Source of the DNA: a virus
DNA: 64,000 nt
Strand: one strand, 5' to 3'
Virus record (IMG/VR): IMGVR_UViG_3300036799_000109
Coordinates: 5,172 to 69,171 of that record
The position numbers were made by a program, and so were the translations under genes. Positions within the stretch are counted from its first letter, which is position 1, and every line of letters starts with the position of its first letter. Shown in pieces: positions 9,501 through 18,911 of this stretch. The notes beneath the pieces are model-generated. The model was not told where the DNA came from. It ran no database searches and was given only the letters and a program-made list of their open reading frames with translations.

Positions 9501-9619
9501 GTGTGCGACGGTCAGGGGGAGAGAACCAGGTCTCTCCCGGTAGTTGACGATCTCGGATAGGGCTATTCGGGTAGCGTGCGCGCGATCACCACCACCCAGG
9601 ACATCACCAGGAGACACCC

Positions 9620-9979
9620 GTGGCCGAGCCCACCGTCGCGCACGTCCGAGCCCTGCTATCCAGGCCCGGTCAGGACCTCTCCCTGCAGGACATTCCACGC
9701 GAGTGGCTGCAGTGCCGCGGCTACGGGCACAGCTGGGATTACGGGCCTGCTCCGACGCAGTTCGTCAGCGCGACGGTGTGGGCCACCCGGGGCCGATGCC
9801 GGTCGTGCACCTCGAAGTCGTACCGCGAGATGCAGGCCGACTCCTGCCGGCCGTTGAAGCCGCAGGCCGACTACACCTACGTCGACGGCTATCTCCTGGC
9901 GCTGCACCTGGTGACCAAGTGGGAGGCCCGTCGCGAGATCGCCCGCCGCGACATGCTCGCTGTCCGGGGTGTCGCCTGA
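9620..9979 (+). CDS. Hypothetical Cys/His (Zn-binding?) protein
   Basis: AGGAG RBS; CRGYGH and CRSC motifs. Confidence 0.65.
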   Translation: MAEPTVAHVRALLSRPGQDLSLQDIPREWLQCRGYGHSWDYGPAPTQFVSATVWATRGRCRSCTSKSYREMQADSCRPLKPQADYTYVDGYLLALHLVTKWEARREIARRDMLAVRGVA

Positions 9980-9980
9980 G

Positions 9981-10127
9981 TCACGAGGTGGCCCACAGCG
10001 CCCCGTACAGGCTGGTGATCACGAGCAGCACGCTCCCGACGACCGCGAGCCAGGCCAGCGCGTCGACGAGGAACCCGACGAGGATCAGCAGCAGCCACAG
10101 GACCATCAGCCACAGGGTCAGTCGCAC
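9981..10127 (-). CDS. Small 2-TM membrane protein (48 aa)
   Basis: MRLTLWLMVLWLLLILVGFLVDALAWLAVVGSVLLVITSLYGALWATS, GGAG RBS; below the ORF-track cutoff. Confidence 0.6.
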   Translation of the reverse strand: MRLTLWLMVLWLLLILVGFLVDALAWLAVVGSVLLVITSLYGALWATS

Positions 10128-10148
10128 GTCAACCGCTCCAAAAGTTGA

Positions 10149-10670
10149 TCATGGTGTGATCGCCTCAACGATCCGGTACAGGCCGTAGAACGGGGCCGTA
10201 ACGACCAGCGGCACCGTGACGATAGGTATGAGAGCGAGGCTCACGCCGAGCACAGCCGGCGCGTCTTTCCACCATCCGCGCCACCCGTTTCGTCTGGTGA
10301 GCAGCGACCCCCACCGTACCCCGGCCCACATCGCCCAGCGCTTGACCGTGGGCACACCCACCGTGCCGAGGGCCTGCCTGAGCAGCCCATCGGCCTCCCG
10401 GTACTCCATGAGCCCCGCGGGGATGGCGTAGCGCCAACACCAGTCGTGCAGCACCGCCGCGGGCGCCCCGGTGACGACGTCGACGAACCAGCGCACCAGC
10501 AGCGGCGCGCTGGCGAAGTCCGTCCGCGACCCCACCGGCACCCGAAGCGTCTGCCACGTGCCCTGGTACACCAGCTCTGCCGTGGTCTCCCACGTCGTGG
10601 CGTCCACCTGGGAGACGGCCAGCGGGGCGGACGACGCGAACCCCCGTCCGTCGTGCTCGACGAGCCTCAT
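10149..10670 (-). CDS. DUF1353-family protein
   Basis: VPVGSRTDFASAP, AAVLHDW, EADGLL, MWAGVRWG motifs. Confidence 0.85.
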   Translation of the reverse strand: MRLVEHDGRGFASSAPLAVSQVDATTWETTAELVYQGTWQTLRVPVGSRTDFASAPLLVRWFVDVVTGAPAAVLHDWCWRYAIPAGLMEYREADGLLRQALGTVGVPTVKRWAMWAGVRWGSLLTRRNGWRGWWKDAPAVLGVSLALIPIVTVPLVVTAPFYGLYRIVEAITP

Positions 10671-11650
10671 CCGAGTCCTTTGTCGTGCACCCAGGAACGC
10701 AGGCCCGTCGCCAGCACGTCGACGTCATGGGTGTGCGGGTGCCTCAGGAAGTGCTTCGCCACTGCCGCCAGGCGGACATCAGCCGCGTCCACCACAGGAT
10801 CGTCAGGGACCGGATCTGGTTCAGGATCCGGCGCGGGAGGCTCGGGCGCGGGGTTGACCAGGGGAAACGGGCGGCCGGTCAGAGCCGTGAACGCCGCTCC
10901 CAGGGCGGCGAGATCCACCCCCTGCAGGAAGGCCACCGACCCGAGATGCTCAGGCCAGATGACCACCCAGGCCTCCTGCACCTGCGACCGCCAGAACTCG
11001 TCCGTCAGGCCGATGCTCTCGCCCCAGGTGATCACCGACAGGTCGGCGTGATCAGGCTGCTCATCCGAGGTGTAGTACCCGGCGAGGACCGCGTGTCCGC
11101 CCCAGTCGTCTGAGCCGCGCTCGTAGTCCCAGGGCCCGCCCTGATCGGTCTGCGTCTGCTGCGCGACCTGCAGATCCACCCCGAGGTGCAGCGACCCGAA
11201 GATGGCGACCGCGGCGCGCACCTCGTCGAGGTTGGTCACGTCGACCTGCGCGTATGCGAGGCAGCGCGTGCCACCGAGCCCGTTGTGTTCGATCTCCGAG
11301 AGCATGTCCGCGAGGACGACCCCGTTGTCCTCGGTGGGGAAGCCTGGGTTGCCTGCGCGCCGGTACAGGTCGAGCACGGCGTCGAGATCCGGCTCGACCT
11401 CCTTGCCGCTGAGGTACCGGCCGATCAGTTCCCGGTCGTGCCAGGCCATCGCAGGCCCGCAGTCGCCGTACTGGTCGTTGGCGAGCATCCCCCAGGCGGT
11501 GACCTTCGAGAAATGGTCGACGCTCACCGGGTGCGCAGGGACTGCCCCGGTGAGGACGTCCGCGAGCTTCAGTGTGCGCCGCTGCGGATCGTGCGGCCGG
11601 CGCCCCAGCCTGCGACCAGGCACCACCTGGTGCTCGACGTGCGTGGACAT
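10667..11650 (-). CDS. Papain-fold cysteine peptidase (putative second lysin)
   Basis: WGMLANDQYGDC...GGHAV...VITWG Cys/His dyad; located in the lysis cassette. Confidence 0.7.
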   Translation of the reverse strand: MSTHVEHQVVPGRRLGRRPHDPQRRTLKLADVLTGAVPAHPVSVDHFSKVTAWGMLANDQYGDCGPAMAWHDRELIGRYLSGKEVEPDLDAVLDLYRRAGNPGFPTEDNGVVLADMLSEIEHNGLGGTRCLAYAQVDVTNLDEVRAAVAIFGSLHLGVDLQVAQQTQTDQGGPWDYERGSDDWGGHAVLAGYYTSDEQPDHADLSVITWGESIGLTDEFWRSQVQEAWVVIWPEHLGSVAFLQGVDLAALGAAFTALTGRPFPLVNPAPEPPAPDPEPDPVPDDPVVDAADVRLAAVAKHFLRHPHTHDVDVLATGLRSWVHDKGLG

Positions 11651-11689
11651 TCGACTCCTTTCCGAGTCGCTGAAGGGGGGTGGAGACGG

Positions 11690-12730
11690 TCAGGCGTGAC
11701 CGATGCCGTCGAGGTGCGCGGCGAATGAGAACCCAGGTGCCATGTCCTCGACGCCGACCTGCACCGCGACCGTGCCCTGCTGCAGCTCGAACATTCCGAA
11801 CTGGCCGTGTGCGACACGAAACGGCGGGTGCGCGTAGGAGGTGCCATCGGCGCGGATCTCGACGAGCCACCACACGTTCGCGGTGGCCTTGGTGTCACGG
11901 ACGCACGCCGCGGACCACTGGAGCCACGCCCTGGAGCCCGCGGGCATGACCAGTGATCTGCCCAGGGGGTCGATGGTCAGCTGGTCGGTCAGGTCGCCCC
12001 GGCCGGTCGCGGTGCGCGGGTGGGTCAGGTGGATCTCGCGCATCTTCCTGAGACCTCTCCTGGTGGCGGTCGGGGTGGGGGTGGGTGCGGGTGCAGCGGG
12101 GTTGATCAGGCCCGCGAGTTGCTCGTAGGTGCCGAGGTAGGCGTTGACGTCGACAGGGGAGTAGCCCGCGACGCGCCCGTGCTCGGAGAACTGCAGGACC
12201 GCCACGGGCAGCCCGCCGTAGGCGGTCCACCGGGACGGGGTGACGTTCTGGTACAGCTGCGCGGGCGACCCGGTGGTGCTCGACGGGTAGCTCGACGCCC
12301 ACAGCATCGGCAGCCCTCGCAGGTCAGGGCTGCCCATCGCCTGCCAGTACCACCGGGGCAGGTAGATCAACGGGATGCGCGCGCCGCGCGCGAGGCATCG
12401 CTGATGGAACGCCCGGATACCGGCGATGGTCAGCGTCGGGCGGCTCTGCGAGTCGATCGCCTCGGCGTCGATCACCCCTGGCACACCGGCCTGCGCGAGC
12501 TGGCCGGTGAACACCTGCGCCTGCTGGTCCTCAGAACCCGGTCGCAGGTAGTGGTAGCCCACGCTGATCAACCCGGCCTGCTTGCCGCGGCGCAGCCAGT
12601 TCTGCGAGTCGAATACCGTTGTGCCCTCGCTGACCTTGCAGGACAGGAAGTCGACCCCGGCCCCGCGTAGCGCCCCGATGTCCAGACCGGCCTGGTAGAC
12701 CGGGTGGACGTCGACACCCCAGATCGGCAT
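11690..12730 (-). CDS. Endolysin, GH25 muramidase with C-terminal domain
   Basis: WGVDV, KVSEG, GYHY, IDAE, LWASSY, LQFS, VDVN GH25 motifs; PTPTPT linker; start re-called at MPIWG. Confidence 0.9.
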   Translation of the reverse strand: MPIWGVDVHPVYQAGLDIGALRGAGVDFLSCKVSEGTTVFDSQNWLRRGKQAGLISVGYHYLRPGSEDQQAQVFTGQLAQAGVPGVIDAEAIDSQSRPTLTIAGIRAFHQRCLARGARIPLIYLPRWYWQAMGSPDLRGLPMLWASSYPSSTTGSPAQLYQNVTPSRWTAYGGLPVAVLQFSEHGRVAGYSPVDVNAYLGTYEQLAGLINPAAPAPTPTPTATRRGLRKMREIHLTHPRTATGRGDLTDQLTIDPLGRSLVMPAGSRAWLQWSAACVRDTKATANVWWLVEIRADGTSYAHPPFRVAHGQFGMFELQQGTVAVQVGVEDMAPGFSFAAHLDGIGHA

Positions 12731-13101
12731 CAGGTCTCCTTCGCGTCGCCCGTCCGGTAGGTGCCGTGCCCCGAGGCGACCAGCGCGTCCGACAGTTCGA
12801 CCCCGTCGACGGCGATGGACGCCAGCCAGCGCGCGAACGACCGGCCGTGCACCACGACCGTGATCTCCGTGGCGCCCAGCAGCTGCTCGGCCATCCACTC
12901 CGTCGCCTCCGGCCCGCCCGGTGCGGTGAGCTCCGGTGCGCCGGCCCCGGAGAGTCGCAGCCACGGCCAGATACCGGTGTCGCACCCCGCGTCGAGCAGC
13001 AGCTTCACCGTGTCGCCGTCGTGCACGTCGAGCACCACCGGCCTGCCGGTGTGATCGGTTTTGACGGGGTAGGACCAGGTTTTGCCGTCACTGCCGCTCA
13101 T
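12730..13101 (-). CDS. Thermonuclease (SNase-like)
   Basis: VHDGDTV, RLSGAGAPE, SFARWLA, LVASGHG. Confidence 0.8.
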   Translation of the reverse strand: MSGSDGKTWSYPVKTDHTGRPVVLDVHDGDTVKLLLDAGCDTGIWPWLRLSGAGAPELTAPGGPEATEWMAEQLLGATEITVVVHGRSFARWLASIAVDGVELSDALVASGHGTYRTGDAKET

Positions 13102-13547
13102 GCCGGTCTCCCACAGGTCGAGGGCAGGGGGTTGTCCACGCGCACCGCGCCCGCGGCCCGGGATGCCCGCAGGTAGGCCTGCGCACGCGAGAGGTAGGTG
13201 TTGAGCGCGGCGATCCCTTGCTGGCGGGTCTGCTGGGTCTGCTCACCGGGTTTCTTCGGGGTGATAGCGAGCAACGTCAGCCACATCTGGATCTCTGCCT
13301 GAACGCGCTCCTGGGTGCGGTCGCGTTCCTGATCGGCGCTCTGCCCGCGCCGCGCCAGTGACTCGGAGATGGCGAGGTTGTAGCTGGTCTGGCAGGCGAT
13401 CGCCTCGTCGAGGCGGCGGGTCTGCTGGTTGTAGCGCACCCCGGCCACGAGGTTGACGACGATGGACATCAGCGCCAGGACGAGCACGACGACGCCGAGG
13501 ACACGCATCCACCTGGGCGCCCGGGTTGACGGCTTCTCGGTGCTCAC
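13098..13547 (-). CDS. Membrane-anchored coiled-coil protein (lysis accessory)
   Basis: GTG start VSTEK overlapping the upstream stop; single TM then coiled coil. Confidence 0.7.
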   Translation of the reverse strand: MSTEKPSTRAPRWMRVLGVVVLVLALMSIVVNLVAGVRYNQQTRRLDEAIACQTSYNLAISESLARRGQSADQERDRTQERVQAEIQMWLTLLAITPKKPGEQTQQTRQQGIAALNTYLSRAQAYLRASRAAGAVRVDNPLPSTCGRPA

Positions 13548-13660
13548 TGGTCCCCCACTCGTTCGATGACCCACAAGGCGGCTCTGACCAGCACGAATCC
13601 CGCCGACCCGAAGGCCGCGGAGTAGGCGATGATCTGGGCGACGAAGCTGGCGACGATCAC
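13544..13660 (-). CDS. Small TM protein (38 aa), lysis cassette
   Basis: MIVASFVAQIIAYSAAFGSAGFVLVRAALWVIERVGDQ with GTGA overlaps at both ends. Confidence 0.6.
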   Translation of the reverse strand: MIVASFVAQIIAYSAAFGSAGFVLVRAALWVIERVGDQ

Positions 13661-13920
13661 GAGGAATCACCTCCGTCACCGTTGTTCCGCCGTTTCAGCG
13701 CCGCGGCGATCGACCCGCCTGCGATGGCCGCGAACGTCCCGTTGACCTGTAGGAACAGGCTGTTGGTGGCCGCGTCGGCGCGGACTACGAGCAGCACGAT
13801 GGACACGACGCAGGTGATCGCCCATACCGCTGTCACGGCGATCACGACAGCGGTCACCAGCTTGTTGCTGATCACCCCGGCTCCCTCGGTTCCTGATGCG
13901 GTGGTCGCCTCGGGGGTCAT
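13657..13920 (-). CDS. Holin-like 2-TM protein
   Basis: Two TM segments and charged C-terminus (LKRRNNGDGGDSS), upstream of the lysins. Confidence 0.6.
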   Translation of the reverse strand: MTPEATTASGTEGAGVISNKLVTAVVIAVTAVWAITCVVSIVLLVVRADAATNSLFLQVNGTFAAIAGGSIAAALKRRNNGDGGDSS

Positions 13921-15923
13921 GACGCGGCGCCGAACACGGCCTGTGTGCTGACGGTGATCGCGGTGAACGCCAGGGTCGACGGCAGCGAGGTCTGGCCGGC
14001 CGCGACCGTGCCCGCCCGCGCGAACTGGCCGCCCGTGTTGGCGTTCAACGCGGCGGCCGCGGGTGACGCGGCGAACGTGGGTTTCGTGGTGCCGTTCGCC
14101 AACCAGGCGATCCACAGCTCGCCCGCTGGCGCCCACACAGCCGAGACCAGGGGGGCGATCTTGTCGCCCGTGCTCGACCACGCCGTGTGCTGAGAGGCCG
14201 TGACGCCGAGGAGCGCGCCGTCGACCGTGTAGACGCCCATGAGGCACTGCCCGCTGGTGAGGGTGCCGCCAGCGGTGCTGATCCAGGTGTGCAGCTGCGA
14301 CAGGGTGCCACCCGGCCACTGGATGCGTGCCGCGTAGATCGTGCCGCCTGCGACGAGCAGCGCCCCTGACGCGGCCTCGGGTGACAGGGTCCACGCCGAG
14401 ACGTGGCTGCGTGCCTGCTCCGGTGGTGGGAACAGGTCTCTGCCGAGTGCGACCGTGCCCATCCACGGCCGCGCGCCGGCCGCGACGAGCGCGGCCCCCG
14501 CGGCGTTGGGGTGCGCCCCGTCGAGGGTGAGAGACCCAGGACGCCACTTCCAGCCGGTCACCGGGTCGGTGACGTTCGCCGCGACGTCGAGCACACCTGC
14601 CAGGGCGTGCCCGTTGTCCCCGGCGCGCTGAGTCGTCCCGTGGTAGATCAGCGGCGCCCCGTCGCGAAGCCATCTGTTGAGCTGCCACCAGATGCCGGCG
14701 CCACCCCACGCGCCGGCAGGCGACGCTGGAGCGGTCTGGTTCGCTGTCGTCGCCCAGTTGTCCGTCGAGCTGGTGAACGGCAGCACAGTGCAGTGCCAGA
14801 CCCGCCTGCCTGTGTTCGCCAGTTGCGTCCACAGCGCCGCGAGGTCCCCCTGCACCGTGGCGAGGCTCTTACCGGCGTTGATCTCGTTGATGCCGAAGTT
14901 GCTGACAACCCAGTCGGCGCCGTCGAGCAGCGTGGCCCGGTAGGCGTTGGAGTTCGTGTACTGGGATGCCTGCGCGCCGCCTTTCGCCGCTTTGCGCCAC
15001 GGCCAGGCCTCTGTCGCGCGAGCACCCCACCCGAGTTGCTCGATGGCCCTGCTGTCGCCGTAGCCCTGCAGGATCGAGTCGCCCAGCAGCAGACCGGGGG
15101 AGTGGCCCTGGTCGCCGAGGACGACCACGGGCAGCGGCACGTTCGCTCCGGCTGCGAGGGAGGTTTGCGTGCTGAAACCCGAGTCCACCGGGTCCGAGGT
15201 GCCACCGGGCGTGGGGATGCTGCCCGTGTGGTTGACCACGAAGTCCAGGACCCCGCTGCCGTCACCAGGACACCAGTAGCCCGTCGACGAGCCGGTCTCG
15301 ACGGTCGTCGTGATCCCGCAGTACGGGGAGTAGCCGCTGTGGATGCGGTTGTTGTCGCCGAGGTCGATCAGGTCCGAGGTGACCACGGCGCCCGGTGACA
15401 CCACGATCCGGCGCTTGACGTCCTGCCCCGGCCAGGACACGAGGTAGCGGAAGCACTCGATCCACTGCGAACCCAGTGCTGATGTCGGCGGGGTGCCTGG
15501 GGTGGTGTTGTTCATGTTGCCCATGAACACCCGGCCCGCGTACACGACCATCTGCCCGGACCCGTACGCGGTCGTCGACGACCAGGCCGTCGACCCGCCC
15601 ACCTGCTGCCAGGCACCCGAGGGGTAGAGCAGGCTCATCCGGATCGTCACGGGATTGGGCCCGTTGACCTCGCCGACGTTGTTACCGGCGATCGCCTGCA
15701 CGTACCCGTTCCAGTACTGCAGCTGCAGATACCTGGAGCCTTCAGCCGAGGGCAGTGTGCTGACCAGCGCGAACCCAGTCGATCCGAGGCCCTGCTGCAG
15801 ACCGGCGTTGCCCGAACCGGGGTTCGGGTTCACGGTGGAGCGGGACAACGCGGGCACCAGCGCTGGTGCCGCCGCGGGACCACCAGGAGGCCCCATCAGG
15901 TTACCGACCAGTGCCCACGTCAC
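13917..15923 (-). CDS. Tail-associated SGNH/GDSL hydrolase
   Basis: LLGDSI, FGINE, DGAHP catalytic blocks; N-terminal carbohydrate-binding-like WSSTTAYGSGQMVVY segment. Confidence 0.8.
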   Translation of the reverse strand: MTWALVGNLMGPPGGPAAAPALVPALSRSTVNPNPGSGNAGLQQGLGSTGFALVSTLPSAEGSRYLQLQYWNGYVQAIAGNNVGEVNGPNPVTIRMSLLYPSGAWQQVGGSTAWSSTTAYGSGQMVVYAGRVFMGNMNNTTPGTPPTSALGSQWIECFRYLVSWPGQDVKRRIVVSPGAVVTSDLIDLGDNNRIHSGYSPYCGITTTVETGSSTGYWCPGDGSGVLDFVVNHTGSIPTPGGTSDPVDSGFSTQTSLAAGANVPLPVVVLGDQGHSPGLLLGDSILQGYGDSRAIEQLGWGARATEAWPWRKAAKGGAQASQYTNSNAYRATLLDGADWVVSNFGINEINAGKSLATVQGDLAALWTQLANTGRRVWHCTVLPFTSSTDNWATTANQTAPASPAGAWGGAGIWWQLNRWLRDGAPLIYHGTTQRAGDNGHALAGVLDVAANVTDPVTGWKWRPGSLTLDGAHPNAAGAALVAAGARPWMGTVALGRDLFPPPEQARSHVSAWTLSPEAASGALLVAGGTIYAARIQWPGGTLSQLHTWISTAGGTLTSGQCLMGVYTVDGALLGVTASQHTAWSSTGDKIAPLVSAVWAPAGELWIAWLANGTTKPTFAASPAAAALNANTGGQFARAGTVAAGQTSLPSTLAFTAITVSTQAVFGAAS

Positions 15924-15925
15924 GA

Positions 15926-16324
15926 TCAGTCCGGTTGACTGGTGTACACGTCGCCGGTGGTGACGTCGAGGTAGAGGTCTCCGATCTGCGAACCGGACAC
16001 GGTCGTCGGTGCGCCTGAGCCCCAGAACCAGCCCGCGCCGCGCGCACCAGCAGGTCCCCGGAACTCGGTGCCGGCGCCATTAGCGGGGAACGCGGTGCCC
16101 GACCACACGTACAGCAGTCCGTCTGCTTCGACGAGGTAGCCGTTGCCCGCGTCGGTCAACGTCAGGTCGTCAGGCAGATCCAGGTAGGTCGCGACGTGCC
16201 CCGCGATCTCGACCCCAGCACCAGCCTCACCAGGCACACCCTGCACACCTTGAATGCCTTGAATGCCCTGCACACCCTGTGGCCCTGGAGGGCCAACCAG
16301 GCTCCCTACGGTCGTCCACGACAT
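15926..16324 (-). CDS. Collagen-repeat minor tail protein
   Basis: GPPGPQGVQGIQGIQG repeats; GDLYLDVTTGDVY motif. Confidence 0.8.
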   Translation of the reverse strand: MSWTTVGSLVGPPGPQGVQGIQGIQGVQGVPGEAGAGVEIAGHVATYLDLPDDLTLTDAGNGYLVEADGLLYVWSGTAFPANGAGTEFRGPAGARGAGWFWGSGAPTTVSGSQIGDLYLDVTTGDVYTSQPD

Positions 16325-16358
16325 CGTTCTGTCTCCTCATCGTGCGATCGTTTGTGAC

Positions 16359-16619
16359 ATGACTGCTGGAGAGCCCCGCGACCGGCTGCAGGGCCTCGCG
16401 AACCTGCCGCTCGCGGACCGGCCGCTCGCCGAGCTGGTGGAGTGCTTCGGAACCTGGTCGCTGATGCGACGCGAGCCCTGCCCGCGCTGCGACACCGACC
16501 TCGTCGAGGTCGTGCGCCGCGGCGGCGCCACGGAGCGCATGGAGGTCGTGCACGACGGCGGGAACTTCCTGATGAGCACGCTCGCCACGCACCCGCAGGA
16601 GTGCGCTCAGCTGCGCTGA
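16359..16619 (+). CDS. Hypothetical protein, antisense within tail operon
   Basis: 86 aa with CPRC...HPQEC, good codon bias, fills the gap between two tail genes. Confidence 0.5.
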   Translation: MTAGEPRDRLQGLANLPLADRPLAELVECFGTWSLMRREPCPRCDTDLVEVVRRGGATERMEVVHDGGNFLMSTLATHPQECAQLR

Positions 16620-17620
16620 AAGTGCCCCCAGAACACGACGCCGTCACCGAATCCGACGCTCGGCGAGGTGTTGCGGTTCGCCCCGGTGTTCTGCAGCAGA
16701 CGCAGGTCCAGCGTGTCTCCAGCCGCGAGCCGCGCCTCGCAGGTCCGCCCGACGTACAGCTGCGTGGTGCCGGCGAGCGACGACGACTGGTCACCAGTGC
16801 CGGGGATGCCCGTACCGTTCTTCGTGATCATGCTCAGCAGTCCGCTTGAGCCCGTCACCAGGTTGTTCGGCGTGACCAACGGCGCCGAGTAGCCCAGCAC
16901 CCACACACCCGGTGTCGCCACCGTGTACGTCGTGGAGCTCGCGGCGAAGCCGTTGTCCTGATCCTCCGACGCCGCGATGTTGAACGTGATCACGGTGTAG
17001 GTGGTGCTGCTGTTCGTGATCGCCTGCGCGGTCGTGGCCTCACGACGGAACGTCGGATTGTTCGCCCCGACCTGCTGCCAGGTCCCCGGCGAGCCCCCAG
17101 CGGTGCAGATCCACACGCGACCGTTCTGCGCGATCACGAAATCCCCGGTGACGAACGTGCCCGACGACGGCGGGCCCGCCGTCGTGCCACCGACCCACCT
17201 GGTCGCCGACGCCGCGCCCGTGAGCGCCAGCGGCAAGCCGAGCATCGACTGCCACTGCACACCGTTGGTCGCCGCGGCGAGCGACACCAGGGCCTGCCCG
17301 TCCGTGCCGACACCGATCCTGCTCAGCGCGCCGGCACCCGAACCGACGAGCAGGTCACCTTTCGCGGTGATCCCCGAGGCGGCGTTCAGATTCAGCTGGA
17401 TCCAGGCCGTGCCGGTGTCCCAGTACACGTTGAGGGTGTCCGTCGCGCAGTACACCCGCCCCGCCTTCGCCGCTGCAGGTCGCGACGCGAAGGTGCCTTG
17501 GAGGAAGATCGACGCGATCGGGTCGATCGCCTGAGCCAGCGACTGCATCTGGCCGGGGTAGTTGTTCGGGTCCGTCCCCTGGGGATACGGCAAGACCATG
17601 CGGGTCGTCGTGGCGGTCAC
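16607..17620 (-). CDS. Tail fibre / receptor-binding protein
   Basis: TAKGDLLVG...GVGTDGQAL fibre motif; C-terminal C1q-like beta domain. Confidence 0.75.
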   Translation of the reverse strand: MTATTTRMVLPYPQGTDPNNYPGQMQSLAQAIDPIASIFLQGTFASRPAAAKAGRVYCATDTLNVYWDTGTAWIQLNLNAASGITAKGDLLVGSGAGALSRIGVGTDGQALVSLAAATNGVQWQSMLGLPLALTGAASATRWVGGTTAGPPSSGTFVTGDFVIAQNGRVWICTAGGSPGTWQQVGANNPTFRREATTAQAITNSSTTYTVITFNIAASEDQDNGFAASSTTYTVATPGVWVLGYSAPLVTPNNLVTGSSGLLSMITKNGTGIPGTGDQSSSLAGTTQLYVGRTCEARLAAGDTLDLRLLQNTGANRNTSPSVGFGDGVVFWGHFQRS

Positions 17621-17635
17621 TCGGCGCTCCTGCTG

Positions 17636-18907
17636 TCAGCTCGGCGGTATCCAGGCAGCCACGTCAGCCCAGGTCGCGAACGCGGCCTGGAACGCGGCCT
17701 GGGTCGGGTAGAAGGTCTGCACGTCGTCATAGGTGGCGTGCGCGTCGGTGTTCACGGTCACGAGCAGCCCCGCGGGCGTCGCAGCCTCGACGGCCGACGC
17801 CAGCTCCCCTCCGCTCGAGGGCAGCGAGTCGTAGGTCGGGTACGCGGCCTCGAACGCGGCGATCGACGGATAGGCGGTCTGCAGGGCGTTGTAGGTCTCG
17901 CCGATCAGGCCCTGGGAGAACACGTTGACGGTGAGCCGGTAAGGGTCGCCGTCTCGTTCGATCAGGCGCACCGTCGCCGAGGGGTCGAGGTAGGCGCGGG
18001 CCACGGCGAGGATCGTCGCCGGGGTGCCGCGGGCCTCGGCCTGCTGGTCGCGGATCTGGTCTCGCTGCGCCTCGTCCGTCAGCGACCGGTCGACGTCGAC
18101 GCCGACGAACTGCCCCAGCCACGGCAGCACACCAGTCGGGCAGCGGTCGACGTCGAGGACCTGTGACCAGCCCGGCCCGTCGCTGGTGTCGCGCACCAGG
18201 TCGTCGACCGGCTGCAGCATGCGCGCCCAGGCGTCGCACAGGCGCAGCAGCGTCCACCCCGTGTCCTCGTCGCCCAGCGTCCACGGCCCCAGCGACTGGT
18301 ACAGCTCGTAGGCATCGGGCACCGGGGTGAACGACGACGGCGGCGCGGGCGCGGGCAGCGTCGACGTCGACGTGCCGCCCAGCCCGTCCCATCTCGCCCC
18401 GGCCGCGACGTCGTCGCCGTCGAAATACGGCAGGTCCTCGCTGGTGGTCTCGGCGAGCGCCATCGTCGCGTCGAGCACCGCGGTGGACGACGAGATCGTC
18501 GATATCTGTGCCCCGGCCGCGACCGCCGTGCCGCCCGGCGTGCCGGTGATGTACACCGTCGCGACCTCACCGGCCACGGTCGTGATCGGGTTACCGGGGT
18601 AGTCCGTGGCGCCGACGACAGTGCCGTTGATGTCGTAGAAGATCACATACGCGGTGACCTGCGTGACCACGTCCGTCCGGTAGGACACGGCCACGGTCAC
18701 CGGCTGCCCGACCGGTGTGACACCAGGCGCCGGCAGAATGTAGTGCTCGCCGCCACTGCCGGGGCTGACGAGCCGCACCGCGTACGGCCTCGCGAACCCC
18801 GTGACCTGAACCCAGGTCAGCGAGCGGTTCGAGATCCACCGGGTTCCGGGCAGCGGCACCGGTTCAGGTGCCAGGTTCCGCCGCGGCCCGACCAGCTCGC
18901 CGCTCAC
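17636..18907 (-). CDS. Baseplate wedge protein (P2 gpI-like) with N-terminal CBM-like domain
   Basis: LDVDRCPTGVLPWLGQFVGV, RGTPATI, PAGL motifs; follows baseplate J. Confidence 0.7.
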   Translation of the reverse strand: MSGELVGPRRNLAPEPVPLPGTRWISNRSLTWVQVTGFARPYAVRLVSPGSGGEHYILPAPGVTPVGQPVTVAVSYRTDVVTQVTAYVIFYDINGTVVGATDYPGNPITTVAGEVATVYITGTPGGTAVAAGAQISTISSSTAVLDATMALAETTSEDLPYFDGDDVAAGARWDGLGGTSTSTLPAPAPPSSFTPVPDAYELYQSLGPWTLGDEDTGWTLLRLCDAWARMLQPVDDLVRDTSDGPGWSQVLDVDRCPTGVLPWLGQFVGVDVDRSLTDEAQRDQIRDQQAEARGTPATILAVARAYLDPSATVRLIERDGDPYRLTVNVFSQGLIGETYNALQTAYPSIAAFEAAYPTYDSLPSSGGELASAVEAATPAGLLVTVNTDAHATYDDVQTFYPTQAAFQAAFATWADVAAWIPPS

Positions 18908-18911
18908 CCGC

